From a virus, in IMG/VR virus record IMGVR_UViG_3300045988_119588: DNA of 45,644 nt. One strand, given 5' to 3'. The notes under the pieces are model-generated. The model was not told where the DNA came from. It did not search any database and was given only the letters and a program-made list of their open reading frames with translations. Shown piece after piece: positions 31,949 to 41,717 of the stretch. Each line of letters opens with the position of its first letter. The first letter of the stretch is position 1. Made by a program: the position numbers and the translations under genes.

Positions 31949-33115
31949 ATGGCATTATTTGACAAAGTCAATTTCAACGGTGAAGTGTTTGACGCATTCG
32001 TGCGTGAGACCCCCAATCTGAGACTGAATGAGCTGTTACACTCCGGCGCCATCGTGGAGCGTTCTGAGTATGCAGCATTGCTCCCTGACCAGAAGGGCGG
32101 TAATTATATTACCTCTCTGATCAAAGCCAGACTGGCCGGCGGTACCGTTAATTATGACGGCAAGACCGATATCGGTGCGGAGGAGAGAGGCAACTACTCT
32201 ATGGGACGTATCGTAATCGGCCGTGCGCAGGGTTGGACTGAAAAAGATTTCGTATCTGATATTTCCGGTGATGATTATTCCGCAGCAGCAGGAGAGGTTG
32301 CTGAGTTCTGGGATGACATCGATCAGGACACACTGCTTTACATCCTGAAGGGTGTATTTGCTATGAGCGATGGAGAAGGGAAAAAATTTGTGGCTGCACA
32401 TACCTATGATATTTCCGGAAAAGCAGACGGAACCTTCGGAGCTACTACCCTTAATACCGGTATGCAGAGAGCCCTAGGTGATAAGAAAGCTAATTTTGCA
32501 CTTACCATTATGCACTCCGCCATTGCTACTGAGCTGGAGAACCTTAAGCTGCTGGAGTACATGAAGTATACCGATGCCAACGGTATCGAGCGTAATCTGC
32601 CGCTTGCTACACTGAACGGCAGACTTGTCTTGGTGGACGATACTATGCCTGTTGATGAAGTAGCACCTGTGTATGCTGCATCCAAAGATGAAACGGTACA
32701 GTCCGGTAAGACCTATTACACAAAGAGCGGCAAGAATTATGAGGTTGTGACAGAGCCCACTGGTAATCCTTCCACCTCCAGTTACTACGAGATGACTGCG
32801 GAAGGATACGTTAAGTACACCACTTTCGTACTGGGAAATGCATCCATCGAGTATACAAACTGTGGTGTAAAGGTGCCTTCCGAGATGGATCGCAATCCTT
32901 CCAAGAATGGCGGTGAGACTACTCTGTACACCAGACAGAGAAAAATCTTTGCTCCTTATGGTATCTCCTGGAAGAATACCAATGTGGTATCTCCTACCAA
33001 TGAGCAGCTGGAAACCGGATCTAACTGGGAAATTGCCCAGAATAATGATAGTTCTACTCCTAAGTACTATCCTATCAAGGCAATCAACATCATGCGGATC
33101 ATTACCAGAGGTTAA
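31949..33115 (+). CDS. Major capsid protein
   Basis: 388 aa. Called from position after the scaffold, size and the strong AAAAGGAGAAATAACCT RBS. No family was assigned by eye. Confidence 0.8.
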   Translation: MALFDKVNFNGEVFDAFVRETPNLRLNELLHSGAIVERSEYAALLPDQKGGNYITSLIKARLAGGTVNYDGKTDIGAEERGNYSMGRIVIGRAQGWTEKDFVSDISGDDYSAAAGEVAEFWDDIDQDTLLYILKGVFAMSDGEGKKFVAAHTYDISGKADGTFGATTLNTGMQRALGDKKANFALTIMHSAIATELENLKLLEYMKYTDANGIERNLPLATLNGRLVLVDDTMPVDEVAPVYAASKDETVQSGKTYYTKSGKNYEVVTEPTGNPSTSSYYEMTAEGYVKYTTFVLGNASIEYTNCGVKVPSEMDRNPSKNGGETTLYTRQRKIFAPYGISWKNTNVVSPTNEQLETGSNWEIAQNNDSSTPKYYPIKAINIMRIITRG

Positions 33116-33132
33116 GAGAGAAGGGACTTCGG

Positions 33133-33534
33133 ATGTACACCACATATGACTTTTACACAAAAGAATATTATGGGGATTCCATTTCGGAGTCCCTTTTTCC
33201 CAAGTGGGAAGACAAGGCAGCGACAAAGCTGGATCAGCTGACCTTCGGGAACATCAACGAAGACACTGTGAAAGAATATGATAAGCAGATCCAGAAGGCA
33301 ACCTGTGCCCTGGCAGACTTGCTGTATCAAATTGATTATAAGACGGCACACGCAAATGATGAAGCTGGTGCCAATGTCAAATCGATGTCTTCCGGAGGCA
33401 GGTCAATCAGCTTCGGCAGCAACGAGACTCTTGTGGACAAGGTGATCGGAGATAAGGCGGCTCAGAACCGTCTGTGCTATGACACAGCCTGCGAATATCT
33501 GGCCGGTACCGGTCTCTTATATGCGGGGGTGTAA
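33133..33534 (+). CDS. Head-tail connector/adaptor protein (gp6-like, by position)
   Basis: 133 aa, the first gene after the capsid gene. Confidence 0.55.
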   Translation: MYTTYDFYTKEYYGDSISESLFPKWEDKAATKLDQLTFGNINEDTVKEYDKQIQKATCALADLLYQIDYKTAHANDEAGANVKSMSSGGRSISFGSNETLVDKVIGDKAAQNRLCYDTACEYLAGTGLLYAGV

Positions 33535-33536
33535 GG

Positions 33537-33962
33537 ATGGCATTCTGGGACAATAAACAGGTGACGGTGATCAATCGGTCGATGGACCCTAAGACGGAGA
33601 AAGAGACATATTATGTAACGCTGATCGAGCGTGCGGATCTGGTGAGGACACAGCAGAAGAATGTGTCTGCTAAGGGCACAGACAGTGCGGATACAGCAAC
33701 ATTGTATGTGAGTTTCGGCATATTGCCGAAACCGTATGTCACTCCGGAAGAATGGAAGAGACTACCGGAAGAGAAGAAAAAGGATTGCATGACATTTTCT
33801 CCTGCGGAGGACTTCTTTATCCTGGGAAATTGCACCGGTGCAATTCTGCCGGACAAGGATGTGTATCAGTGGGCGAAGGAACATTATAGCGATGTGTACC
33901 GTGTGACACGATGCAATATCTACGAGGATGTTCTGGCACATTACGAAGTAGGAGGAGCGTAA
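33537..33962 (+). CDS. Head closure / head-tail joining protein (by position)
   Basis: 141 aa, tightly packed in the head-tail joining cluster. Confidence 0.5.
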   Translation: MAFWDNKQVTVINRSMDPKTEKETYYVTLIERADLVRTQQKNVSAKGTDSADTATLYVSFGILPKPYVTPEEWKRLPEEKKKDCMTFSPAEDFFILGNCTGAILPDKDVYQWAKEHYSDVYRVTRCNIYEDVLAHYEVGGA

Positions 33963-34418
33963 ATGGCAGAGAAAGAGCAACTTACAGTAACGGATGCCGG
34001 TACGGCAATGAGAGGACTGCTGGAACTGGTATTAAAATATCCGGATTATCCGGAAGGGTTCGCGGCGGATAACAGTACCGTGAAATGCAATGACATCAAT
34101 CCCGACAGATCCATAGGCCTGTTCCCTCTGCAGGGGGCGGTCTACCTTGAAAAGTATGTGAGCGGAAGCTATGAAGCACAGGTGCCGTTTCAGATGGCCT
34201 ACCGTTGTTCTCCCGATACCAACACTGCCAATATCGATGCACAGGATCTGTTGGACAAGCTGGCAGCATGGATGGAGCAGAGCAGGATTGGATTTCAGGA
34301 CAATCACATCCAGATGGAATCCATTAACCGCACATCCCCTGTTGGGTGCGTGGAAAAAAATGAAAAATGCACTACTTATGCAATCAACATGCAGCTAAAG
34401 TATTTTTATAAAAAATAA
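33963..34418 (+). CDS. Tail completion / minor capsid-like protein (by position)
   Basis: 151 aa with a TAAATG junction with the upstream gene. Confidence 0.5.
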   Translation: MAEKEQLTVTDAGTAMRGLLELVLKYPDYPEGFAADNSTVKCNDINPDRSIGLFPLQGAVYLEKYVSGSYEAQVPFQMAYRCSPDTNTANIDAQDLLDKLAAWMEQSRIGFQDNHIQMESINRTSPVGCVEKNEKCTTYAINMQLKYFYKK

Positions 34419-34433
34419 GGAGGAAAATCAGAA

Positions 34434-34934
34434 ATGGCACTTGATAGGACTAACATGGTATCTCTGTTGGACATTGGCTCTCTGATGGGTGGTAAGACTC
34501 CCAAAATCGTTGAGATGGGCGATGGCTATAAAGAGATCACAGAAGACTGGGGACCGAACACACAGTCTGACCAGTATGTAAATATGAAAAATGCGAGCAA
34601 TACCGTAAAAGGGTATGCACTATCCATGACACCGGAACGCGATCATCTGTCTGATGAGATGCAGACAGCAATCAACACTATGTTCAAGACGTTTCCGACT
34701 GGAGAAAAGTGTAATACCTATTATTACAGATTTTACAAGACGGATATCACTGGAACGTCCGGAGACTGCATCAGGGTACCGGTTACCGTATGCCCGTCCA
34801 GTACCGGCGGAGCTGGCGGAGACAACCTTACATCTTCCATACAGATCAATGGCAATGGAGATGTTGAGGTCGGAACCATTACGATTTCCGAGGGCGGATA
34901 TGAGTGGGCTGTAAAGCAGACCGGTAATGTATAA
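34434..34934 (+). CDS. Major tail protein
   Basis: 166 aa with AAGGAGGAAAATCAGAA RBS. It is the last gene before the chaperone/Gp15/tape-measure trio. Confidence 0.65.
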   Translation: MALDRTNMVSLLDIGSLMGGKTPKIVEMGDGYKEITEDWGPNTQSDQYVNMKNASNTVKGYALSMTPERDHLSDEMQTAINTMFKTFPTGEKCNTYYYRFYKTDITGTSGDCIRVPVTVCPSSTGGAGGDNLTSSIQINGNGDVEVGTITISEGGYEWAVKQTGNV

Positions 34935-34962
34935 ACGTAGGTGTTAATCAATAATTAACATA

Positions 34963-34993
34963 ATGGGGCGGGTTCCTTTCAGTCCTGCCCCAT
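34963..34993 (+). terminator. Weak attenuator-like hairpin after the major tail gene
   Basis: ATGGGGC/GCCCCAT 7-bp stem with a 17-nt loop, followed by TTTCT. Confidence 0.3.
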
Positions 34994-35014
34994 TTCTGAA
35001 AGGATGGTAATTAT

Positions 35015-35488
35015 ATGGAACAGGTTAAGTTAAGTACAGGATATAAAAGTATTGCAATCAGGGATGAGGATGATGACCAGGTGGTAACTGTCCTGCGGAT
35101 CAACGTGTCAGATGCACGGAGTGCGGATAAGTTTGCTCATATCATTGACCAGCTCAACAGCATCTCCGAAAGATGCGATGCAGAGATGAAGAAATGGAAG
35201 AATGACCATGAGGCACAGGAAATGTTCACGGGAGATACCGGAAATGATATCAGGATCGCATTGGATATCAATAACATCCGCGTGAAGTATCTGAAGGAGA
35301 TCATCGCAGCACTGGATGAACTCTTCGGAGAGGGGACCATCAGAAATATCTATGGGGATATCGTGCCGGACGAAACAGCACTGTTTGAGTTCGTAGAGCA
35401 GGTGATCCCGGTGATGAACAATCTGTTCGGACGCAGATTTGAGCAGATGAAGCAGAAATACAATACGCGGAGAAGGGGCGGTAAATAA
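35015..35488 (+). CDS. Tail assembly chaperone-like protein (by position)
   Basis: 157 aa, acidic, between the major tail gene and Gp15/TMP. Confidence 0.5.
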   Translation: MEQVKLSTGYKSIAIRDEDDDQVVTVLRINVSDARSADKFAHIIDQLNSISERCDAEMKKWKNDHEAQEMFTGDTGNDIRIALDINNIRVKYLKEIIAALDELFGEGTIRNIYGDIVPDETALFEFVEQVIPVMNNLFGRRFEQMKQKYNTRRRGGK

Positions 35489-36132
35489 TGACGAACGTCA
35501 TGCTGGATCCGCTTCCAACAGAATGGATGGAACCCGGGACAAATAAGGTCTACCGGGTGAATTGCGATTACCGCATCGGTATACAGATTGCACTGGTGCA
35601 GGATGATAGAGATCTTGCACAGTATGAAAAGGCAGGTATCATCCTGCACCTCATGTTTGATGATGAGACGGAAGAGAGACCGGTACCGCAGGGGAAAAGC
35701 GCAGAAGAATGTATCCAGTGGCTTATGAACGGCTGGTACCATGACGGCATAGGAAGCAGCGAAGAGAAGAGGAAACTGATTGATTATGATATCGATCAGT
35801 GGCGGATATACGCAGACTTTCGCAGCATCTACGGGATTGACCTTGCCACAGAGGACATGCACTGGTGGAAGTTCTGCGGTCTGCTGTGGAATATGCCCCA
35901 CAAACAGTCCTCTTTTCTTCAGGCTATAGAGATACGTCGGAAAAGGAAAGAGGAAGCAAAGTCGGATGCGGAAAAGAAGGCAATCCAGGAGGCACAGAAG
36001 ATCTATGCACTGGAACAGCCTGGACAGGAGTACACCGAAGAAGAAGCTGCGAAAATCGACGAATACGATGCCATGATGGCGCGGATGAAGAAAAAATCGG
36101 AAGAGGAAGCACTGAAAGTGTTTAGAAAGTGA
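35488..36132 (+). CDS. Bacteriophage Gp15 family protein
   Basis: 214 aa. KVYRVNCDYRIGIQIALVQDDRDLAQYEKAGIILHLMF fits the Gp15 (A118-type) N-terminal pattern. Immediately upstream of the tape measure gene. Confidence 0.65.
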   Translation: MTNVMLDPLPTEWMEPGTNKVYRVNCDYRIGIQIALVQDDRDLAQYEKAGIILHLMFDDETEERPVPQGKSAEECIQWLMNGWYHDGIGSSEEKRKLIDYDIDQWRIYADFRSIYGIDLATEDMHWWKFCGLLWNMPHKQSSFLQAIEIRRKRKEEAKSDAEKKAIQEAQKIYALEQPGQEYTEEEAAKIDEYDAMMARMKKKSEEEALKVFRK

Positions 36133-36142
36133 GGCTGTATAG

Positions 36143-38731
36143 ATGGCTGGCGGATATGATGGTGAGATCAGGATCAAGACGAAAATTGAAAATGCGGATA
36201 TGTCCAGTCAGCTGATGCAGCTTGAAAACCGGATGGAAAAGACTGCTCGCAAGGCACAGGATCTGGAAAAAGCCATGCGAGAGCTTGAAAGCCGGAAAAT
36301 GCCTACGGATGATTACAAAGAAGTCCAGGACCAGATTCAGAAGGCTCAGGATAAGCTGTCCTCTCTCAATGACAGAATGGAGAAGTTTCTGGAACTTGGA
36401 GGAAAAAAGAGCAGTTCCACATTTAAAAACATGCAATATGATGTCGCAGACCTCGAAAATACGATTGCCTACGCAAAAGGTGAGTTGGAGGCAATGGAAG
36501 AAGATGGAACGGCATTTAAAGATGTAAAGGCTACGGAAGAGTATCAAAAACTGTCAGCCCAACTACGTGATGCAAACAATGAAATGTCTGTTCTGCAGAA
36601 GCGGCATGATGAAATTATAGATAAGCAGAAAAAGGTGGGAGCGGGAGCAAAACAGATTGAAAAAGTAGGAAAATCTGCAAAGAAGTCTGCAGGCTTGATG
36701 TCCACACTGCTCAGCCGGTTAAAAGGCATAACACTGTCTCTGCTTATTTTTAATTGGATCACGAAAGCCTTTAATGCAATGGTAGGATCCTTTAAGACCG
36801 GAATCCAGAACATGGCCAAGTACTCCAGTAGCTTTAATGAGCGGATGTCCTCTCTGAAAAGCTCCATTGCCACCCTGAACAATGCATTGGGTACACTGGC
36901 GGCTCCCATCGTATCTATGGTGACACCGGCACTGTCAAGGCTGTGTGACTGGCTGACGAATGCCATCAACGCCATGAATCAGTTTATTGCTCTGCTCAAT
37001 GGGCAGAGTACATGGACCAGGGCGAAACAGCAGCAGGTCGATTATGCAAAATCCTTGGAAAAGACATCCGGTGTTGCAAAAAAGGCAGCAGGAGCACTGG
37101 CAGCTTTCGATGACCTGAATGTATTACAGAAAAACGATTCCGGGGGAAGCGGCAGCAGTACCGCTGGTATGTACGAAGAAGTACAGGTCAGCGATAAGAT
37201 GGCTTCCAAACTTGGGAAAGTCAAAGATCTTGCAAAGCAGATCAAAGAAGAGTTTTCAGTAGGCTGGAAGAAAGCCTTTGAAAAGCTTGGAATTGATGGA
37301 CAGGTCCAGAATATTCGTAGCAATCTGGCATCCATAAAGGACAGCTTTATAGATATCTTCAGTGCGGATTCTGTGAAGAATGCGGCAGGGAACTTTGCTG
37401 TTACATTCGCCACCAGCCTGGGGACAATTGCGGCATCCTTTGTCAGCATAGGTGCGACCATCGCGCAGAACCTTACCGGGGGAATTAAGAAGTACCTGGA
37501 TGACAACAAAGACGATATCAAGAAGCATCTCACGCAGATGTTTGATATCGGAGCAGATATTTTGCTATTGGCTGCATCTGCGGCAGCAGCGTTCGCGCTG
37601 ATTTTTTCAGCGTTTGGAAGTGATTCCGGGCAACAGTTGACTGCGAATCTGATTCAGATGTTCTCGGATGCCTTTTTATCAGTATCCTCTATTGCAACTC
37701 AGTTTGCAGATGACATTTTACACCTGTTGTTGGATCCGTTTGTAAATAACCAGGATGATATTGCAACGGCGGTACAAGACATCATAGATGTACTGGCTCT
37801 GTTCTCAGGAACAGTATCGGATATCGTCGGACAGGTGGGAGACGGGTTTAATAGTCTTTATTTCAATTATATATCACCGTTCATTGACAGTTTTACCACA
37901 GATATATCTGATCTGCTGGGTGTTTTTCTGGATTTTTGGAATGATAGCATGCAGCCGGTATTGATGGAATGGGCAGCTATGTTTGATGATACTTACCAGA
38001 GTCATCTGAAACCAATGATAGATGCCTTTATGGAACTGCTCGGTGTGTTGATAGAGTACATACAGCTATTCTGGGAGAATTATCTGAAAGCACCGTTACA
38101 ATGGATCGTATCCAACGTTTTACCGTTGCTCATGCCTGTTTTGAGTATGCTGGGAAAACAGGTAAAGTTTGCGGCGGATATTATAGCAGATATCATTACG
38201 ACGTTGCTGAAAGTGATAAAAGGTGTGTTCGCGATTATCGGCGATCTGATCCGGGGCGACTGGAAGCAGATGTGGGCAGATGCAAAACAGATATTTAAAG
38301 ATATCGTGAATGGCATTTTGTCGATAGTCGAGACAATGGCAAACGGAGTAATAGATGCCATTAATGGTATGATTCGGGCATTAAACAGCATCCATGTGGA
38401 TATTCCGGATTGGGTGCCGGGACTGGGCGGAAAATCATTTAGCATCAATCTATCAGAAATAGGAAGAGTATCTATTCCGAGACTTGCCAGTGGAGGTATT
38501 ACCACAGGAGCTACTCTGGCGGAAATAGGAGAAGCAGGTCGAGAGGCAGTATTACCGCTGGAAAAGAACACAGGCTGGATGGATGCGCTTGCTGAGAAGA
38601 TTGCCGATAGGATGCCGGAGACAGGCGGCTCCATAGATGCGTCATTGATTCTGGACGGGGAGACATGCGGAAGACTGTTCTTGCCGCATATTCAGAATGA
38701 AGAGGTACGGTTAGGAATCGCAGAAGGATAA
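36143..38731 (+). CDS. Tape measure protein
   Basis: 862 aa. N-terminal coiled coil, central hydrophobic/Ala-Gly-rich segments, and position upstream of the distal tail genes. Confidence 0.85.
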   Translation: MAGGYDGEIRIKTKIENADMSSQLMQLENRMEKTARKAQDLEKAMRELESRKMPTDDYKEVQDQIQKAQDKLSSLNDRMEKFLELGGKKSSSTFKNMQYDVADLENTIAYAKGELEAMEEDGTAFKDVKATEEYQKLSAQLRDANNEMSVLQKRHDEIIDKQKKVGAGAKQIEKVGKSAKKSAGLMSTLLSRLKGITLSLLIFNWITKAFNAMVGSFKTGIQNMAKYSSSFNERMSSLKSSIATLNNALGTLAAPIVSMVTPALSRLCDWLTNAINAMNQFIALLNGQSTWTRAKQQQVDYAKSLEKTSGVAKKAAGALAAFDDLNVLQKNDSGGSGSSTAGMYEEVQVSDKMASKLGKVKDLAKQIKEEFSVGWKKAFEKLGIDGQVQNIRSNLASIKDSFIDIFSADSVKNAAGNFAVTFATSLGTIAASFVSIGATIAQNLTGGIKKYLDDNKDDIKKHLTQMFDIGADILLLAASAAAAFALIFSAFGSDSGQQLTANLIQMFSDAFLSVSSIATQFADDILHLLLDPFVNNQDDIATAVQDIIDVLALFSGTVSDIVGQVGDGFNSLYFNYISPFIDSFTTDISDLLGVFLDFWNDSMQPVLMEWAAMFDDTYQSHLKPMIDAFMELLGVLIEYIQLFWENYLKAPLQWIVSNVLPLLMPVLSMLGKQVKFAADIIADIITTLLKVIKGVFAIIGDLIRGDWKQMWADAKQIFKDIVNGILSIVETMANGVIDAINGMIRALNSIHVDIPDWVPGLGGKSFSINLSEIGRVSIPRLASGGITTGATLAEIGEAGREAVLPLEKNTGWMDALAEKIADRMPETGGSIDASLILDGETCGRLFLPHIQNEEVRLGIAEG

Positions 38732-38744
38732 GAAGGGATGAAGT

Positions 38745-39140
38745 ATGGAAAAGAAATATACACAGGGCCTGATCATAGACGGAATTACATATAACATCCC
38801 TTTAATATCTATCAAGAGAAATTTGGATTTCTTGGAAAAATATGCGGAGAGATCGGAAGATGGAGACATCAAGATTGAAACCATCGGACTATATAAAAAT
38901 TACACCATATCTATCGGTCTGATCGAGGATGCGGAATTATATGATCAACTGATAGAACATATTACGGATTGCGAGAATCGCTTTCACCATGTGACACTTC
39001 CAGACGCTAGCAAACAATTTGATTTTTACGGATATTTCTCCAGCATCAAAGATGAAGTGGAAAAGGTACTGGAGACTGGGGCACAGTATAAAGGATTATC
39101 CTGGAAGATGACTTCTAAGAAGCCATACAAGACACCGTAA
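38745..39140 (+). CDS. Distal tail protein-like (small; by position)
   Basis: 131 aa, the first gene after the TMP. Confidence 0.5.
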   Translation: MEKKYTQGLIIDGITYNIPLISIKRNLDFLEKYAERSEDGDIKIETIGLYKNYTISIGLIEDAELYDQLIEHITDCENRFHHVTLPDASKQFDFYGYFSSIKDEVEKVLETGAQYKGLSWKMTSKKPYKTP

Positions 39141-39149
39141 GGGGGAGAT

Positions 39150-40874
39150 ATGAGGACATATTGCAAGGCAGAAATGAAATTTATAGACGTCACGGCACTG
39201 TCAGATGCGTCTCCTTCTACGGATGATAACCAGTCCATAGGAAATATCGAACTGTTTGAAGCAGAGCATCAGCAGGAAGCCTATGGCACTACGGAGTGGA
39301 ACCAGTTCCTCTTGTCGGGTGAAAAAAGCATTTTGTCAGATGATCCGGAAGATATAGCATTCTGGAGTGCGGAACAATCCTTGGATGACTGCACTTTTGA
39401 GAACAATCCTAAATTGGCGGTACAATTTACTGCGCAGCATTCATCTGCCGCAATTACATTGTATTTCGAGGACGAATACCCAGCGGAGCTTAGAATCACC
39501 TGGTACACAATGTCCGGAATCAAACTGATCAGCAAGATGTTTTATCCGGATGGGCTGGTGTATGTATGTGACAATCAGGTACAAAACTACGGCCGTATTG
39601 AGATCGAATTTGTCCGGACGGTGTATCCGCGAAGATATATCAAACTGCAATACATGCTTTATGGCAAATACATTGTATGGGATAAGGATATGATCCAGAC
39701 CGGGAAGGTACAGGAGGATATTGATGTCACCTCGGCCACCATTCCTATTAATAAAGCGGATCTGGCCATTGTGGACGTGAACAGCGATTTTGATATTGGT
39801 AATGATGATGGTGCATGGAAATCCATCCAGAAGACGCAGGAGATCATCCTTACAGAGTACCGGAATGGCATCGGAATTCCCATCGGAGCATTTTATGTGG
39901 ATGATTTTTCTTTTAGTAAAAATGTGGCAGGTTTTAAACTTATAGACGCGATAGGCTTGATGGATAAGTACACATTTTATGATGGGCAGATATATGAAAA
40001 TGAAAGGGCGGAGAATATCCTGCATGCGGTCTTTGCGGCGGCAGGGATAAAAAAATACACCATAGCCACAGACGTGGCAGATATTACGCTGACAGGATAT
40101 CTTGGTGTCCAAACGTGTCGAAAGGCATTACAACAGATATGCTTTGCCTGCGGGGCGGTAGCGGATGACAGCCGCAGCGACACAATCAGAGTATATAAAC
40201 CAGATAAGTATGTGTCAGCGACCGTGGGCACGGATAGGAAATTTAATGGGTGCACAAAAGTATCACTGGATAAATATATATCCGGAATCTCGATAGAGTG
40301 CAAAAAGTATTCTCTGGAGGATAAAGATACTGAGATTTATAAAGATACGCTGCAATCCGGGGATACGAAACTTACTTTTACGGATCCGTATCTGCCGTCA
40401 TCTGTTACGGTATCTGCCGGAGCAATAAAAGAGGTGAAGACCAATTACATTGTAGTCAGTATGGCCGAGACCGGGCAATGCACAATTGTCGGGCGGAAGT
40501 ATGCCAGTAATGCATATACCTACCATAAAGACGTAGATATGCTGTCGGCTGGTGAGACGGAAAATAAAAAGAAATATAACGGATGCACGTTGTATAATAC
40601 CGACCTGATTTGCGATGTGGCGGAAAATCTGCTGAAGTATTATGCCATGCAGAAAAAGTTAGATATGAAGTATCTGCAAGATAAGGAACAGGTAGGAAAC
40701 TGGGTAAATGTACGGGAAATTGGTGGACACATGGCGACGACATTGATCGAGAGCCAGTCAGTGGATCTGACTGGGGGTTATATAGCAACGGCAAAATGCA
40801 GGGGCTATAGCGTGGTTACCAAGGATCCGGCATATACCGGTGAAATTTATGCAGGAGAGAGGGGGCTGATCTGA
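39150..40874 (+). CDS. Tail/baseplate protein (Tal-like, by position and size)
   Basis: 574 aa, the second gene after the TMP. Confidence 0.6.
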   Translation: MRTYCKAEMKFIDVTALSDASPSTDDNQSIGNIELFEAEHQQEAYGTTEWNQFLLSGEKSILSDDPEDIAFWSAEQSLDDCTFENNPKLAVQFTAQHSSAAITLYFEDEYPAELRITWYTMSGIKLISKMFYPDGLVYVCDNQVQNYGRIEIEFVRTVYPRRYIKLQYMLYGKYIVWDKDMIQTGKVQEDIDVTSATIPINKADLAIVDVNSDFDIGNDDGAWKSIQKTQEIILTEYRNGIGIPIGAFYVDDFSFSKNVAGFKLIDAIGLMDKYTFYDGQIYENERAENILHAVFAAAGIKKYTIATDVADITLTGYLGVQTCRKALQQICFACGAVADDSRSDTIRVYKPDKYVSATVGTDRKFNGCTKVSLDKYISGISIECKKYSLEDKDTEIYKDTLQSGDTKLTFTDPYLPSSVTVSAGAIKEVKTNYIVVSMAETGQCTIVGRKYASNAYTYHKDVDMLSAGETENKKKYNGCTLYNTDLICDVAENLLKYYAMQKKLDMKYLQDKEQVGNWVNVREIGGHMATTLIESQSVDLTGGYIATAKCRGYSVVTKDPAYTGEIYAGERGLI

Positions 40875-41434
40875 TGGATCTGCGGCCAATCAATCCATAT
40901 TACAAAAGAAATCGAAGAACTAAGTATCGTGCGAAGGTGTCTGCGGGACCGGCAGCCTATAGCTATCCGTATGAGTGGATCCCACCGGTGACAGACCGCA
41001 CGCAGAAAGATGTAGAGCATGCGAGGGAACTGCTGACGGTAGGATGGAGCAATCTGACAGCAGAACAACAGGCGGAATACATGGCCGGGCTGAAAGGCTG
41101 CATTAACGCAGTAGATCTGGCGAGGATCGAGAACAATATACAGATATTGCTTGATGTACTGGAATTGCAGAATACCAGTCATGTAGACGCTGTTCCGGAG
41201 CTGCCGACGGAAAGTTACTTTGCTGATATGAGAGATAATATCACAGCAATCAGAACAGCATATTTTGTACATAAGGATACTCCAGAGGTGCCGGAACTGC
41301 CCTTTAACACATGGCAGGACTACAATGCCATTGAACAGATATTAAATGATGTGTATGAGGTAGTAAGTGCGCAGTTTAATTATTATGCAGGCAATGAGAT
41401 ATATACTGGGGACGCTGTTGGATTATTGCTATAA
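40874..41434 (+). CDS. Hypothetical tail-associated protein
   Basis: 186 aa with an ATGA-type overlap with the upstream gene. Confidence 0.5.
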   Translation: MDLRPINPYYKRNRRTKYRAKVSAGPAAYSYPYEWIPPVTDRTQKDVEHARELLTVGWSNLTAEQQAEYMAGLKGCINAVDLARIENNIQILLDVLELQNTSHVDAVPELPTESYFADMRDNITAIRTAYFVHKDTPEVPELPFNTWQDYNAIEQILNDVYEVVSAQFNYYAGNEIYTGDAVGLLL

Positions 41435-41446
41435 GGAGGGAACGGA

Positions 41447-41710
41447 ATGTTTGAACAGAAGGAATGGAAGGATAGGGAGTCGGAATATCCCACCCGCCGG
41501 AAACTGACGAAAGAGGACGGATCTAATGAGTTGGTTACGGTGGAAAGAAGTGAAGGATCTGTGTTGCAGGAAGGTGATGCATTTTCAGCTGAGAATATGA
41601 ACGACCTGGAAAAGCGGATTGGCGATGAATTTGGGCAGGTATTATATGTAGTGTCCTTTGATGCCAGTACCGGCACACTAGTCACTAAGACAGCAGACTA
41701 CGAGGAGTAG
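41447..41710 (+). CDS. Hypothetical tail-associated protein
   Basis: 87 aa with AAGGAGGGAACGGA RBS. Confidence 0.5.
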   Translation: MFEQKEWKDRESEYPTRRKLTKEDGSNELVTVERSEGSVLQEGDAFSAENMNDLEKRIGDEFGQVLYVVSFDASTGTLVTKTADYEE

Positions 41711-41717
41711 ATAGAGA

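Noticed and set aside
35015-36132. A programmed -1 frameshift (G/GT-type) between the two genes upstream of the tape measure
   Set aside because: The second gene has its own ATG at a TAATG junction and a recognisable independent family (Gp15). I found no slippery heptamer near the end of 35015-35488.
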